NCBI GenBank assembly: GCA_964410735.1
Contig: CAYPIF010000104.1
Coordinates: 2,893 to 66,892 of the forward strand
Direction of reading: 5' to 3'
Source: an uncultured Thermoplasmatales archaeon
GTDB taxonomy: Archaea > Thermoplasmatota > E2 > DHVEG-1
DNA: 64,000 bases
A program made the position numbers and the translations under genes. Each line of letters starts with the position of its first letter. Position 1 is the first letter of the stretch. Of this stretch, positions 1 to 9,168 are shown in pieces. Under the pieces are notes generated by a model. It was not told the origin of the DNA, ran no database searches, and saw only the letters and a list, made by a program, of their open reading frames with translations.

Positions 1-248
1 AACATTTGTTCTTAAGCGGTGGATCATACCAGGTCTCAGTTGAATTCGATACCATTTTTGGATTAAAGGCAGCTGGGAGAACAAGGGTCTTTATCATCTG
101 ATCAGAGGTATCAATGAACACAAAGGATTACTAATCAACTCCGATCCCATTCGATAGTAAGATATACAAGTTGGTCTTCATCACTACAGGGCAGGATTGA
201 GATCACGTATCATTTGTCTTCTCCTTTAATTGATCTAAGAGGATAGCA

Positions 249-764
249 TCATTCATGGGTGAGGGTCAATCTTGTTTTTCCTTTTATTATCTCAAGATTG
301 CCGTATCTATGCCATTGATCCTTATTGGTCTTGAAATAATCGATAACTGGTTCGCTGACCGAGGTGATCGTTGTCGTACTTTCCATAGCTCCTGATCCAT
401 GCTCCTCTGTAACGATCTCTTTTCTTTGTTTTTCCTTTTGTATCTCTTTCCCAGATGGATTTTCCCAGACCTCACCTTCAGGAGTTATCACAAATAATGA
501 TGGTTGTACTTGATCAATAGAATTAGTTACTATCGGTCTAAACGTGATGTAACCCTGGTATGGTTTACTGTCTTCATGAACCTCTGCTGAGAGTGGATCC
601 TCTGTTGTAATAACATATGTTCCCCAGTGAAACAGTACCTCATAGGTTGTTTTGCTTGTTGATGGATAATAGAATTCCATATATTTTCTTAGATCCTTAT
701 CAAGAGAATCTTTACCTGCGAACCGTTTTGAGAACCTATTAAACAGTGAATCTGTTTTACTCAT
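249..764 (-). CDS. hypothetical protein (171 aa)
   Basis: Only long ORF at this position. No motif I recognise. Confidence 0.45.
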   Translation of the reverse strand: MSKTDSLFNRFSKRFAGKDSLDKDLRKYMEFYYPSTSKTTYEVLFHWGTYVITTEDPLSAEVHEDSKPYQGYITFRPIVTNSIDQVQPSLFVITPEGEVWENPSGKEIQKEKQRKEIVTEEHGSGAMESTTTITSVSEPVIDYFKTNKDQWHRYGNLEIIKGKTRLTLTHE

Positions 765-920
765 AAGACCATTACTCCTTCTAGTTTAGTAGAATGTTAA
801 TGATAACCGAGTTATATAGTATAGTATTTTCAAATATACTGTATGTTCTTTATTCCACCTGTTAATTTCATCTTTACCAATTACGTTTCATTGTAAAACA
901 TACAGAAAAACATAATTTAA

Positions 921-1000
921 TTGCAGTTACAACAGCATTATAATAAAATATAATTGTAGTTACTACAATAAATAACAAATTATTAATATAGTTACTACAA
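921..1000 (+). promoter_or_regulatory. three phased palindromic operator-like repeats upstream of the ATPase gene
   Basis: TTGCAGTTACAACAG (921-935), TTGTAGTTACTACAA (954-968, perfect 7+1+7 palindrome), ATATAGTTACTACAA (986-1000). Spacing is 33 and 32 bp. The last copy ends 11 nt before the ATG at 1012. Confidence 0.5.
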
Positions 1001-1011
1001 TACATTAGTAT

Positions 1012-2280
1012 ATGGACAGACAAGACATCATAGAAGAGCTCAGACAACAGAACCCTTGGTGGAACACCAAGAACATCGACCTGCCAGAGGACATTATCAC
1101 TAGAGAACTAAAACAAAAGATCAGTACTGAACTACAAGATAAAAAAATAACCGGTATCGTTGGCCTGAGAAGAGTGGGAAAAACAACACTTCTGAAACTC
1201 ATCATCAACGATCTATTGAAACAACATGAACCAGAACGGATTTGCTATTTCTCATTCGATCTTGCTGAAGAGATACCGCCTAGAGACCTCATCAAAATAT
1301 ACTCAGAGGATATTTTAAAAGAACCCTATACCCAATACACAAACAAGGTCATATTCCTCTTTGATGAGATACAAAAGGTTAAGAACTGGGGCAATCACAT
1401 CAAATCATTCCAAGATAAGGATCTGAACATAAAAATCATTATTACCGGGTCATCCTCATTGAACATTACCAAAGGTGCAGGAGAAAGCCTTGCAGGTCGC
1501 ATCTATTTTCACAAACTAACGCCATTCTCCTACAAAGAATACCTCATGTATAAAGGGATAAACATTCCAACACTGTCATTGAATAACATATCATATATTG
1601 AAAACGCATCCATCCATCGCATCAATTTCAATGACTATATGCAAAGAGGCGGGTTACCTGAGCTCTATGACGAATTCTCAACGGAACATCTTAAACAGAT
1701 GCTTGATCTTGTTTTCTTCAGAGACATCGTTGATATGTTCGTTATAAAAAGAACAGATGTTTTGAAAGGACTTTTCCACCATATAACAGAGAACTCTGGC
1801 CAACTGATCAATTACTCAACTCTTGCAGATACCTTAAACACCCAATACAGAACCATCAAGGACTATGTACAATATCTTGAGGACTCATTTCTTACAATAA
1901 AAAGCATACCCTTTGAAACAAAATATTTAAAATCATTACGCAAGAATCCAAAGATGTATGTGGCCGATCATGCATATATGGGAATATGGACGGCAAAGGA
2001 AGGACTGAAGGCTCAGACCATAGCATTTAATCATTTGCATAGAATCGAAGAACCTTTATTTATCAAAGACCCAGAGGTAGATATCATCCTACCAAATAGT
2101 AAAATGGCTTTTGAGATAAAATATACTGATACCATCACAAAAAAAGACCTAGAGAACCTTACACACCTTGATAAGAAATATACATTGTTCCTTATCACTA
2201 AAGACACCTATGATACAATTGAGCATCATGGTAGAACAATACAGCTTATCCCCCTATGGTTACTAACGCTTGCAGTGTAA
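1012..2280 (+). CDS. AAA+ ATPase, AAA_14/DUF4143 family
   Basis: Walker A GLRRVGKTTLLK and Walker B-like IFLFDEIQ. The 422-aa length and C-terminal region are typical of archaeal AAA_14+DUF4143 ATPases. Confidence 0.85.
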   Translation: MDRQDIIEELRQQNPWWNTKNIDLPEDIITRELKQKISTELQDKKITGIVGLRRVGKTTLLKLIINDLLKQHEPERICYFSFDLAEEIPPRDLIKIYSEDILKEPYTQYTNKVIFLFDEIQKVKNWGNHIKSFQDKDLNIKIIITGSSSLNITKGAGESLAGRIYFHKLTPFSYKEYLMYKGINIPTLSLNNISYIENASIHRINFNDYMQRGGLPELYDEFSTEHLKQMLDLVFFRDIVDMFVIKRTDVLKGLFHHITENSGQLINYSTLADTLNTQYRTIKDYVQYLEDSFLTIKSIPFETKYLKSLRKNPKMYVADHAYMGIWTAKEGLKAQTIAFNHLHRIEEPLFIKDPEVDIILPNSKMAFEIKYTDTITKKDLENLTHLDKKYTLFLITKDTYDTIEHHGRTIQLIPLWLLTLAV

Positions 2281-2299
2281 AACATCAGACCATATATAC

Positions 2300-2599
2300 C
2301 TAGGCACCGTTGATCTCTCCAGCTAACTTTTTCAGTTTTTTGTCAAATCGTGGTAAACACCGTTCAAAGATATCTTCGATATCCTTCCCATTGGCTAATA
2401 ATAGTTCAAAGGAGAGGACGATGAGATCTGCGGTTTCAATGCTGTAATGATCATCATTGTCATGGTATCGTTGTGTTATCTCTTCCACATGGTCCTTCAT
2501 CATACGTAGGATCTTATCCATATCATTATCGTTGACCATCATTGATAACTCGGTGATCTCTTTGAGCTTTTGATAGAATTCATCTTGAAGTATTTCCAT
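2300..2599 (-). CDS. small MazG-like nucleotide pyrophosphohydrolase (tentative)
   Basis: 99-aa all-helical protein with acidic motifs (HVEEITQR, ETADLIVLSFELLL, DIEDIFERCLPRFDKK) resembling the MazG EExxE / ExxD pattern. Confidence 0.45.
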   Translation of the reverse strand: MEILQDEFYQKLKEITELSMMVNDNDMDKILRMMKDHVEEITQRYHDNDDHYSIETADLIVLSFELLLANGKDIEDIFERCLPRFDKKLKKLAGEINGA

Positions 2600-2695
2600 G
2601 AATATTCCTCTAGTTTAAGCATCCCTAGACAACATCTTGTGAATACCGGGCAATACAGATGCTATGATAGGTGAACACAAAGAGATATAAGAAAT

Positions 2696-2923
2696 CTAGT
2701 AAAATCTCTCCTCCAACCAACTATTGATACTAGGAAAGATAAGGTTGAGAGCACATTCTCCTAGTAAAAGGTCCATATGTGAATGATGAGGAAAATAGAG
2801 AGATGTTTTGTATGTGCTACTGACATTCTCATAGGCATTATAGATACCTAGCGCGGGATCTTGAGGATCTTTATCCCCTGCGATAAAACAGATAGGCACT
2901 GTGATATCCCTAAGATGGTCCGA
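2696..2923 (-). pseudogene. C-terminal remnant of an alpha/beta hydrolase
   Basis: The frame reads DHLRDITVPICFIAGDKDPQDP...HHSHMDLLL, the strand-Gly-Asp and catalytic-His region of alpha/beta hydrolases. It is preceded by a stop at 2924-2926. No nucleophile-elbow region lies upstream before the next gene. Confidence 0.5.
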
Positions 2924-3089
2924 TTAGTTGTACAGTTTTACAGCTGCGTATTTAAATTTTTTGTTTTAAAAAATACAATATCTGGTATAATCTAAAATGA
3001 TTACTTTAAATACAGACTGATTGGTATTTCCAAGATCGCGGTAAAAAAAGTTCCATGGCCCTAATTCATAAGGCCAGACCAAGTATATC

Positions 3090-4586
3090 TTAGCTTTTAG
3101 GTATCAACGATAGCAGATGTTTCCATGCATCAAGTGTTCTCTCAAGGGCGTAATCATCATGTTGCATACTGGTATACATCCGAGACCCTGCAAGCGTGTT
3201 AACACCCTGGTTCAGTATCGCAAGTTGATAGGTCTTAGAGACCTTCATCCGGTTCATGATCTGCTCGAATGCATCAGGTCGTTCGATATCAACACTGAAG
3301 AACGCAGTGGTATCATAGATGATGATAGATTTTTGATTATACGCAAAGAAGGGGAGATCCGGTCTTGTCTCAAATAACTGGTTCAATTCACGGGTGAGCT
3401 TATCAGCAAAAGACGCTGCCTTGTCATATGCCTTGTATTCCTCCACATATTTCAACGCATAATAGCTTGCCATCGCAGACATCGCATTTGCAGCTAGGGT
3501 CCCTGCAACAAACGCATGACCACCAAGCGCGCTTCCTTCACCACCAGCAAGGGCATCCATGATATCAGCTCGACCACCGATAGCACCACAGGAAGGATAC
3601 CCATGCATGAGGATCTTCCCCATGATCACCATATCTGGTTTCACACCATAATATCCCTGAGCACCACCTGGTCCAAATCGGAAACCTGTGATGACCTCAT
3701 CCATAATCATCAACGCACCGAACTCATCACAGAGCTCACGGACATATTTGTTCCACTCAGGATGCACAGGATGGGTCCCTGCCTCACCACCATTTGCTTC
3801 CACAAGACATGCAGCTACATTACCCTCTTTTTGCGCATCGATAAAGGTCTGACGAAGTCCATCGAAATCATTGGGCATCACCGTGAGCGTATTTGCAAGA
3901 CATTCAGTTGGAATACCTTCAGATAACATCATACCGGTCCCTGGTATATGAAGTCCTATCACGGTCTGATCGCCCCACCCATGATAGTTCCCATCGACCT
4001 TGATGATCTTCTCATTACCGGTCTTTGCCCGTGCGATACGAAGTGCGGCCATGATAGCCTCTGTTCCTGATTGAACGAACCGGACCCGTTCGATATTTGG
4101 CATTATCTTCTTTATCTGTTTTGCAGCTAGGATCTCATATTCACTTGTGAGACCCGTGGTAGGCCCCTTTGTTCGAATATGCTCTGCTATCTTTTCATCA
4201 AGAGGTTTGAAATGATGCCCGAGGATGATCGGTGCACCACACATAAGATAATCAATGTATTCATTCCCATCAACATCATAGAGCTTGTAACCATCCCCAT
4301 GGTCCATCGCAAGGGGAAACGGGAACGTAGGGCTGAGATTATGTTGTACGCCTTCAGTAAGACAGGTCTTTGCTTCCTCGTAGAGCTGTTTGGATCTCAT
4401 ATGGTTCTGAGTGAATTCCATCACGATCTTTTGCACTGCTTCCCCCGGGAGAGGATGAACAGGACTGTTGATAATCTTCTTCTTTCGTTCCATGATCTCT
4501 TCGTATTCCATGATGATCCCCTTTATCATATCAGTATTATTCTTCGACAGAGAAATAGTTCTATCCTTATAACTTCTTTCACCCAT
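3090..4586 (-). CDS. class-III (PLP) aminotransferase, glutamate-1-semialdehyde aminomutase-like
   Basis: Motifs SGTEAIMAALRIARAKTG, GNYHGW and MDEVITGFRFGPGGAQGYYGVKPDMVIMGKIL (PLP-lysine context). There is an N-terminal extension, so the true start may be an internal Met. Confidence 0.85.
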   Translation of the reverse strand: MGERSYKDRTISLSKNNTDMIKGIIMEYEEIMERKKKIINSPVHPLPGEAVQKIVMEFTQNHMRSKQLYEEAKTCLTEGVQHNLSPTFPFPLAMDHGDGYKLYDVDGNEYIDYLMCGAPIILGHHFKPLDEKIAEHIRTKGPTTGLTSEYEILAAKQIKKIMPNIERVRFVQSGTEAIMAALRIARAKTGNEKIIKVDGNYHGWGDQTVIGLHIPGTGMMLSEGIPTECLANTLTVMPNDFDGLRQTFIDAQKEGNVAACLVEANGGEAGTHPVHPEWNKYVRELCDEFGALMIMDEVITGFRFGPGGAQGYYGVKPDMVIMGKILMHGYPSCGAIGGRADIMDALAGGEGSALGGHAFVAGTLAANAMSAMASYYALKYVEEYKAYDKAASFADKLTRELNQLFETRPDLPFFAYNQKSIIIYDTTAFFSVDIERPDAFEQIMNRMKVSKTYQLAILNQGVNTLAGSRMYTSMQHDDYALERTLDAWKHLLSLIPKS

Positions 4587-4743
4587 TTTTTTAATTTAAA
4601 GGGAGAATAGTATGATATGGATCAGATGGATAGGTTCTATAAGAATGATGAACGATCTTCTAATAAACAGAGCTGAAAGGACTGTTGTCACAAAAAAATA
4701 GGCTAGAAAACGTGCTGTTGACCTTCGCACACCCCCTATAGTG

Positions 4744-5913
4744 TTACATCAAATGGTCTTCTAGGCCCAGGATGTCGGTGTAGATGATCTCACAGTCACC
4801 TATATTTGTTTTTCCATTCTTTCCTTTTAGTGTTACGATTATTGCTTTTTTAGGTTTGTACATATCGATGAACGATCGGAGGCTTTTTTCTATCTTGCCT
4901 ATCTCCGTTTGGATCTTTACCTCAACCGGGATGATCTTATTTTCTTTTTCAATGATGAAATCAACCTCGGTTTTTGTCTTTGTCCGCCAGTATCTAGGGG
5001 CATAACCCATTTTTAAGAGCTCTGAAAGTATATAGTTCTCAAATAATGATCCAGTAAGCGTGATATCATAACTTTGTGCGATAGCGTTTCTTAGGCCGGT
5101 ATCGACAAAATAGAGTTTAGGTTGCTTGACGATTTCTTTTTTCTTGTTGGAAAAATACGGATAGACCCGATAGATAAGATAGCTTTTTTCCATTGCATCC
5201 AGATATTTCTTAACGGTCTGAAATGACATGTTCAGATCATTGCCCACGCGGTCATATGATATGATGCCCCCTATTGAATGGGCAAGGTATTTGGAGAATT
5301 CTTCAAGTGATCTGATATCATCGATGGAAAAACTACGGGCAACATCCTTGAGAAGCACGGTATCATATAGGTCCTTTAATATCGTTTTTTTCATCTCGAT
5401 ATCTTCCGTTAGTACGACCTTTGGATATCCACCATATGTGGCATGTTCCCATATCATTCGTTCTAAGATATGATCAGTCAATTCCTTTTGATCTTTTGAT
5501 CGGATAAATTCATTATGTGAAAATGGGTATAACCTGATGATAGATACCCTACCTACAAGGAATGATAGAATGTCTTTAGAGAGTATGACCTCTGAGGAGG
5601 AGGTTACCCAGAGGCGATGGTCTGAATCAACAAGATATTTTAGTTTGCCACCGGCATCCTTGCAATATTGAACCTCATCAAGAACCGATATATCATAACT
5701 TGAAATGTATTGTGTCTCGAACTTTTTAATATCCGTTTCGAACAAGGAGCGGACATCAGGATCATCAAAGAGTATGTAGGAAGAGTCCTGTTTTTCAATA
5801 TGTTTTTTTAGGAACGTGGTTTTTCCGGCTTGTCTTGCTCCTACTAAGGCAATCATGTTATAACTTTTTGTTATTTTATCAAATTTCTCCCATACATCCC
5901 GTTCAACATACAT
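4744..5913 (-). CDS. AAA+ ATPase, AAA_14/DUF4143 family (paralog of 1012..2280)
   Basis: Walker A GARQAGKTTFLKK and Walker B-like VLDEVQ. Architecture matches the first copy. Confidence 0.85.
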   Translation of the reverse strand: MYVERDVWEKFDKITKSYNMIALVGARQAGKTTFLKKHIEKQDSSYILFDDPDVRSLFETDIKKFETQYISSYDISVLDEVQYCKDAGGKLKYLVDSDHRLWVTSSSEVILSKDILSFLVGRVSIIRLYPFSHNEFIRSKDQKELTDHILERMIWEHATYGGYPKVVLTEDIEMKKTILKDLYDTVLLKDVARSFSIDDIRSLEEFSKYLAHSIGGIISYDRVGNDLNMSFQTVKKYLDAMEKSYLIYRVYPYFSNKKKEIVKQPKLYFVDTGLRNAIAQSYDITLTGSLFENYILSELLKMGYAPRYWRTKTKTEVDFIIEKENKIIPVEVKIQTEIGKIEKSLRSFIDMYKPKKAIIVTLKGKNGKTNIGDCEIIYTDILGLEDHLM

Positions 5914-5954
5914 ACCTATTCATTATGTTCTCAAACTATATAATATTTACTAAA

Positions 5955-6005
5955 ATTAAACTACAGTTTAATAATAGTATAGCTAAAATTAAACTCAAGT
6001 TTAAT
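5955..6005 (-). promoter_or_regulatory. two 18-bp palindromes (ATTAAACTnnAGTTTAAT) 33 bp apart, upstream of the second ATPase gene
   Basis: ATTAAACTACAGTTTAAT (5955-5972) and ATTAAACTCAAGTTTAAT (5988-6005). Each is a perfect 8+2+8 inverted repeat embedded in a 25-bp direct repeat. The gene start codon is at 5913. Confidence 0.55.
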
Positions 6006-6068
6006 AAAAGTAAGAAAAAGAGATGCCAAAGAGAAAATCCCTGACATACATTATTCTCTTGATCCAAC

Positions 6069-7655
6069 CTATTTCTTCCCTTTCTCATCATCCGATGATC
6101 GTTTCTTCCACAACAGAACAATGAAGAAGACAACAACAAGACCAATACAGATAACAGCCCCGATCAGAAGAACATTTGAGGAACCATTGGACTGCACATA
6201 ACCCTCATAAGGTGTCAAACTCCCACTGATAGCATCATAGACATAATCAATTCTTCCATCATTATCCGCATCAAGATAATACGAGCCATCATCAGTTTTC
6301 ACTACCGAGGAGATCAAACCACTACTCGATGAATAATAGGTATCATACACACCATCACCATCTTTATCGATAAGAAAACTACCTAAAAGAACATCACCGA
6401 TATCCTTCACATCATCCTTATCCTTAGGATCTGAACCGATCTCATCCTCAACTGTATCATCGATACCATCATTATAATCATCAGGATCCCCTACACCATC
6501 ATCATCGGTTGGCTCATCAGGTAGTCCATCATCATCAGTATCCGTAGGCTCCGCCTCGGTTTCATTTTCTGGTGGAGTTGGATCATAGGTGCCACTACCA
6601 GATGTTGAACCACCACTACTTGCCTCAGTGGTCGCAGAGGCTGTCACATTGAACATACTATAACAGGCACCAGTATCATCCCAGGACCATGCGGTAAAAC
6701 TATAGGTAGTACTAGCTGAAAGACCTGTTGTACTGGTTGATGTCCCTGTTCCATTATATAAAAATGTTCCATCGATTCGAGATGATGGAGCAGATCATCC
6801 TTGTTGATATCGAATATACGTATTTGTTGCATAACTATCTTTTGTCCAACTAAGATCAATACCACTTGAACTAGTTGCTGAAGCAGTGAAATTTGTCGGG
6901 GAACTGAGATTAAGAATTGTAATCGTTCTTTGCATTGTTTGATTTGAGTTACCATAGCTATCATTGACAAACACTTGATAGTTATATGATCCATAGTCAA
7001 GATCAGCTGTTGCATTCTTTGATTGATTTATAGTAAGATACCATCTTGTCCGGCTGAATTTTTGAAGGTTTGAAACGTATTGTTGATACACTTCTGTTGC
7101 ATTTAGAACCCTATCCCATACTCGTATTTCATCAATCGTCCCATTAAACGGATAAAGATCAGTGTTCCTAAAACTTCCACCAATCACCAAATCATCATCA
7201 TCATTATCTCCCCCGCCAAATACAACATCCATCAAGGCGTGTTGGCTGTCAAACGCCCCATTTACATAATATTTTACATCATTTGGATTGGAAGTAACAA
7301 CCACATGATACCAGTTACCTGTCTGAAAAGTAGTATTTGTAACAAGTTCTCTACCTGAAGCACCTGAACCATAACAATAGATTCGAAGTTTGTTGTAAGA
7401 ACTAGCATCATCCCACTGCACCTGATACTCATAATTCTTAATATCTGAAACAATATTGTCCCATTCACCAGCGGTTAAACCATCAGGGACTTGATCTGAA
7501 ACGGTTAAGGAAGAGCTGATCAGAGTATCATCCATATCGGTCTGTTCTATAATATGAAAGATACCTGTTACTGACATCAAAAGAAGCATACCAGCAATTC
7601 CGACCGCTTAAAAACCTATCTTAGATATAACACTTACCCTCTTTAAAAAAACCAT
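6069..7655 (-). pseudogene. LamG / FN3 / Asp-rich-repeat surface protein with C-terminal TM anchor, interrupted by two in-frame stops
   Basis: Track ORFs 6795..7589 and 6069..6656 share one frame (7589-6656=933). Only TGA 6795-6797 separates them. The 46 codons between read SAPSSRIDGTFLYNGTGTSTSTTGLSASTTYSFTAWSWDD, completing the FN3-like domain begun at LSWTKDSYATNTYIRYQQG. A second in-frame TAA (7608-7610) splits MVFLKRVSVISKIGF*AVGIAGMLLLMSVTG. LamG-type motif NGTIDEIRVWDRVL, DxDxDG repeats, and a TM followed by KKRSSDDEKGKK. Confidence 0.7.
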
Positions 7656-7839
7656 GAATATCTCTCTCTGCTACACAATCCGTAGCAAAGAATGATAGAA
7701 AAAAAACACATTTAAGATTGTCGAAAATATTAAAGTTCACAATACTTTAAGAATATCACTTTTGTTCAAGAATAACCCATTCAAAGTATAATAAATGATT
7801 CGAATGGATAATATCTTGCTAAATCCTCATTTCCTCACG

Positions 7840-8337
7840 CTATATCTTCTTTATAAGACCTAGCAAAACATTTGCTCGTGGCACCTTTTTCATATACTGT
7901 TTATATCCTTCACCGAACTTTTTGATCCCTTGTCTATCGGCATTCATGAGATCGATATAGGTCAAGGGAAACACAGGAAGGCCAAGGATGATAACGGTCC
8001 AATGCTGGAACAAGAACATCGCTGCCACTGACCACCACATCCAGGTGATATATTGAGGATGACGAACAACTGAATAGATACCAGTATCAACTAGTTTTGC
8101 GGTATGAACATAGCTTGTTCTCTTTTTGACACCACCATTCCTGCGGAATTCAAAGATAGGGAGCATCCCAAAGATAAATCCAGAGAACATATACAATCCC
8201 ACCCCAACATATGCCAAAAGAGTGTTCTGCTCAATAGATGGGAGAAAAAAGATACCAAGAGTTATCTGCAAAAGTATCAGGATAAGAACGACCATCGCTG
8301 GCATGAACTCGATAAACAGCCCATGTTTTCTTTTCAT
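7840..8337 (-). CDS. isoprenylcysteine carboxyl / phospholipid methyltransferase family membrane protein
   Basis: LVDTGIYSVVRHPQYITWMWW (RHPxY motif) with several TM helices. Confidence 0.75.
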   Translation of the reverse strand: MKRKHGLFIEFMPAMVVLILILLQITLGIFFLPSIEQNTLLAYVGVGLYMFSGFIFGMLPIFEFRRNGGVKKRTSYVHTAKLVDTGIYSVVRHPQYITWMWWSVAAMFLFQHWTVIILGLPVFPLTYIDLMNADRQGIKKFGEGYKQYMKKVPRANVLLGLIKKI

Positions 8338-8394
8338 AACCCTTCCCTCGCACGGAATCGTTAGCCTACTGAAACGTTAGGACCGATACATCGA

Positions 8395-8610
8395 TTAGTC
8401 ATGCATAAGAAGAGAATCCTTTGGCATCCTATCCATAAGAAGCGAATCATTTGACATCTTATCCCTGAGAAGAGGACTATCTGAGAGTTTCTCCCAGTGT
8501 TTACTGGAACATTCAGGACAAACAAAATATGTTTCATCCAAAAGATCCGTGTACTCCCGAGGTATCAGAAATTGGGCCCCACATTCTGAACAAATATTTA
8601 TTGTTATCAT
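8395..8610 (-). CDS. zinc-ribbon protein with 10-aa tandem-repeat tail
   Basis: MITINICSECG...FVCPECS (CxxC...CxxC). The tail reads LSDSPLLRDK/MSNDSLLMDR/MPKDSLLMHD. I chose the internal Met because the longer track ORF overlaps the NUDIX gene. Confidence 0.5.
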   Translation of the reverse strand: MITINICSECGAQFLIPREYTDLLDETYFVCPECSSKHWEKLSDSPLLRDKMSNDSLLMDRMPKDSLLMHD

Positions 8611-8707
8611 ATTAACCCACTTCCACCATATATTATTTGTAGCTCCACCTATAAGTACCTTGCTCTTAAAACAAGGTTGGGGACCACCCTTTAAAAAAAT
8701 ATGAAAG

Positions 8708-9139
8708 CTAAATATGAACATCCATTAGTTTTTTGACGATGGGGATATCGGCCTCTGCAAATTCATAGTAAGAAATCTCATCGATTTCTATCCATCTTGA
8801 GTCCTGACAGTCGATATGAGATATCTTTCCTTCTTTAAGATCTGAAAGGTATGCAAATAAGGTTATGGGTATCTGTTTCCCATCTTTTTCATAAACATGA
8901 CTGGTCTTAAGGAACAAGGAATCAATGGTGATCACGATGCCAAGTTCTTCTTGTATCTCACGGACCAAACAATCCTCATAGGTCTCATTCTCTTCGACCT
9001 TGCCACCAGGGAATTCCCATTTATTTGGTTCAAGATAACTATCCTTTTTTCTTTGTGCAATAAGTATCTTATCATCTTTGCGGATGATGGCAGCGGTGAC
9101 AATGTTCTCCTTTGAGATCATAATATGACTCCCGTACAT
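8708..9139 (-). CDS. NUDIX hydrolase (MutT-like)
   Basis: Nudix box GGKVEENETYEDCLVREIQEELGI. Confidence 0.85.
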   Translation of the reverse strand: MYGSHIMISKENIVTAAIIRKDDKILIAQRKKDSYLEPNKWEFPGGKVEENETYEDCLVREIQEELGIVITIDSLFLKTSHVYEKDGKQIPITLFAYLSDLKEGKISHIDCQDSRWIEIDEISYYEFAEADIPIVKKLMDVHI

Positions 9140-9168
9140 GGTAAAAATGTTCTATGTCGGTAATATGT

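Noticed and set aside
1-121. Partial minus-strand ORF at the window edge (GTG...VFIDTSDQMIKTLVLPAAFNP...), which vaguely resembles a PIN-like start
   Set aside because: It is too short, truncated by the window, and has a non-ATG start. I cannot support a call.
3117-4610. Plus-strand track ORFs 3117..3377, 3516..3926 and 4179..4610
   Set aside because: They lie antisense within the well-supported aminotransferase gene and have no motifs. These are shadow ORFs. The same reasoning applies to 16154..16735, 44954..45547, 62902..63273, 62936..63397, 60361..60705, 61807..62181, 63476..63868 and the other short antisense ORFs inside confident genes.
5950-6007. The 25-bp direct repeats, considered as a mini-CRISPR array
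   Set aside because: There are only two copies with an 8-bp spacer, each internally palindromic, and no cas genes. They fit an operator pair instead.
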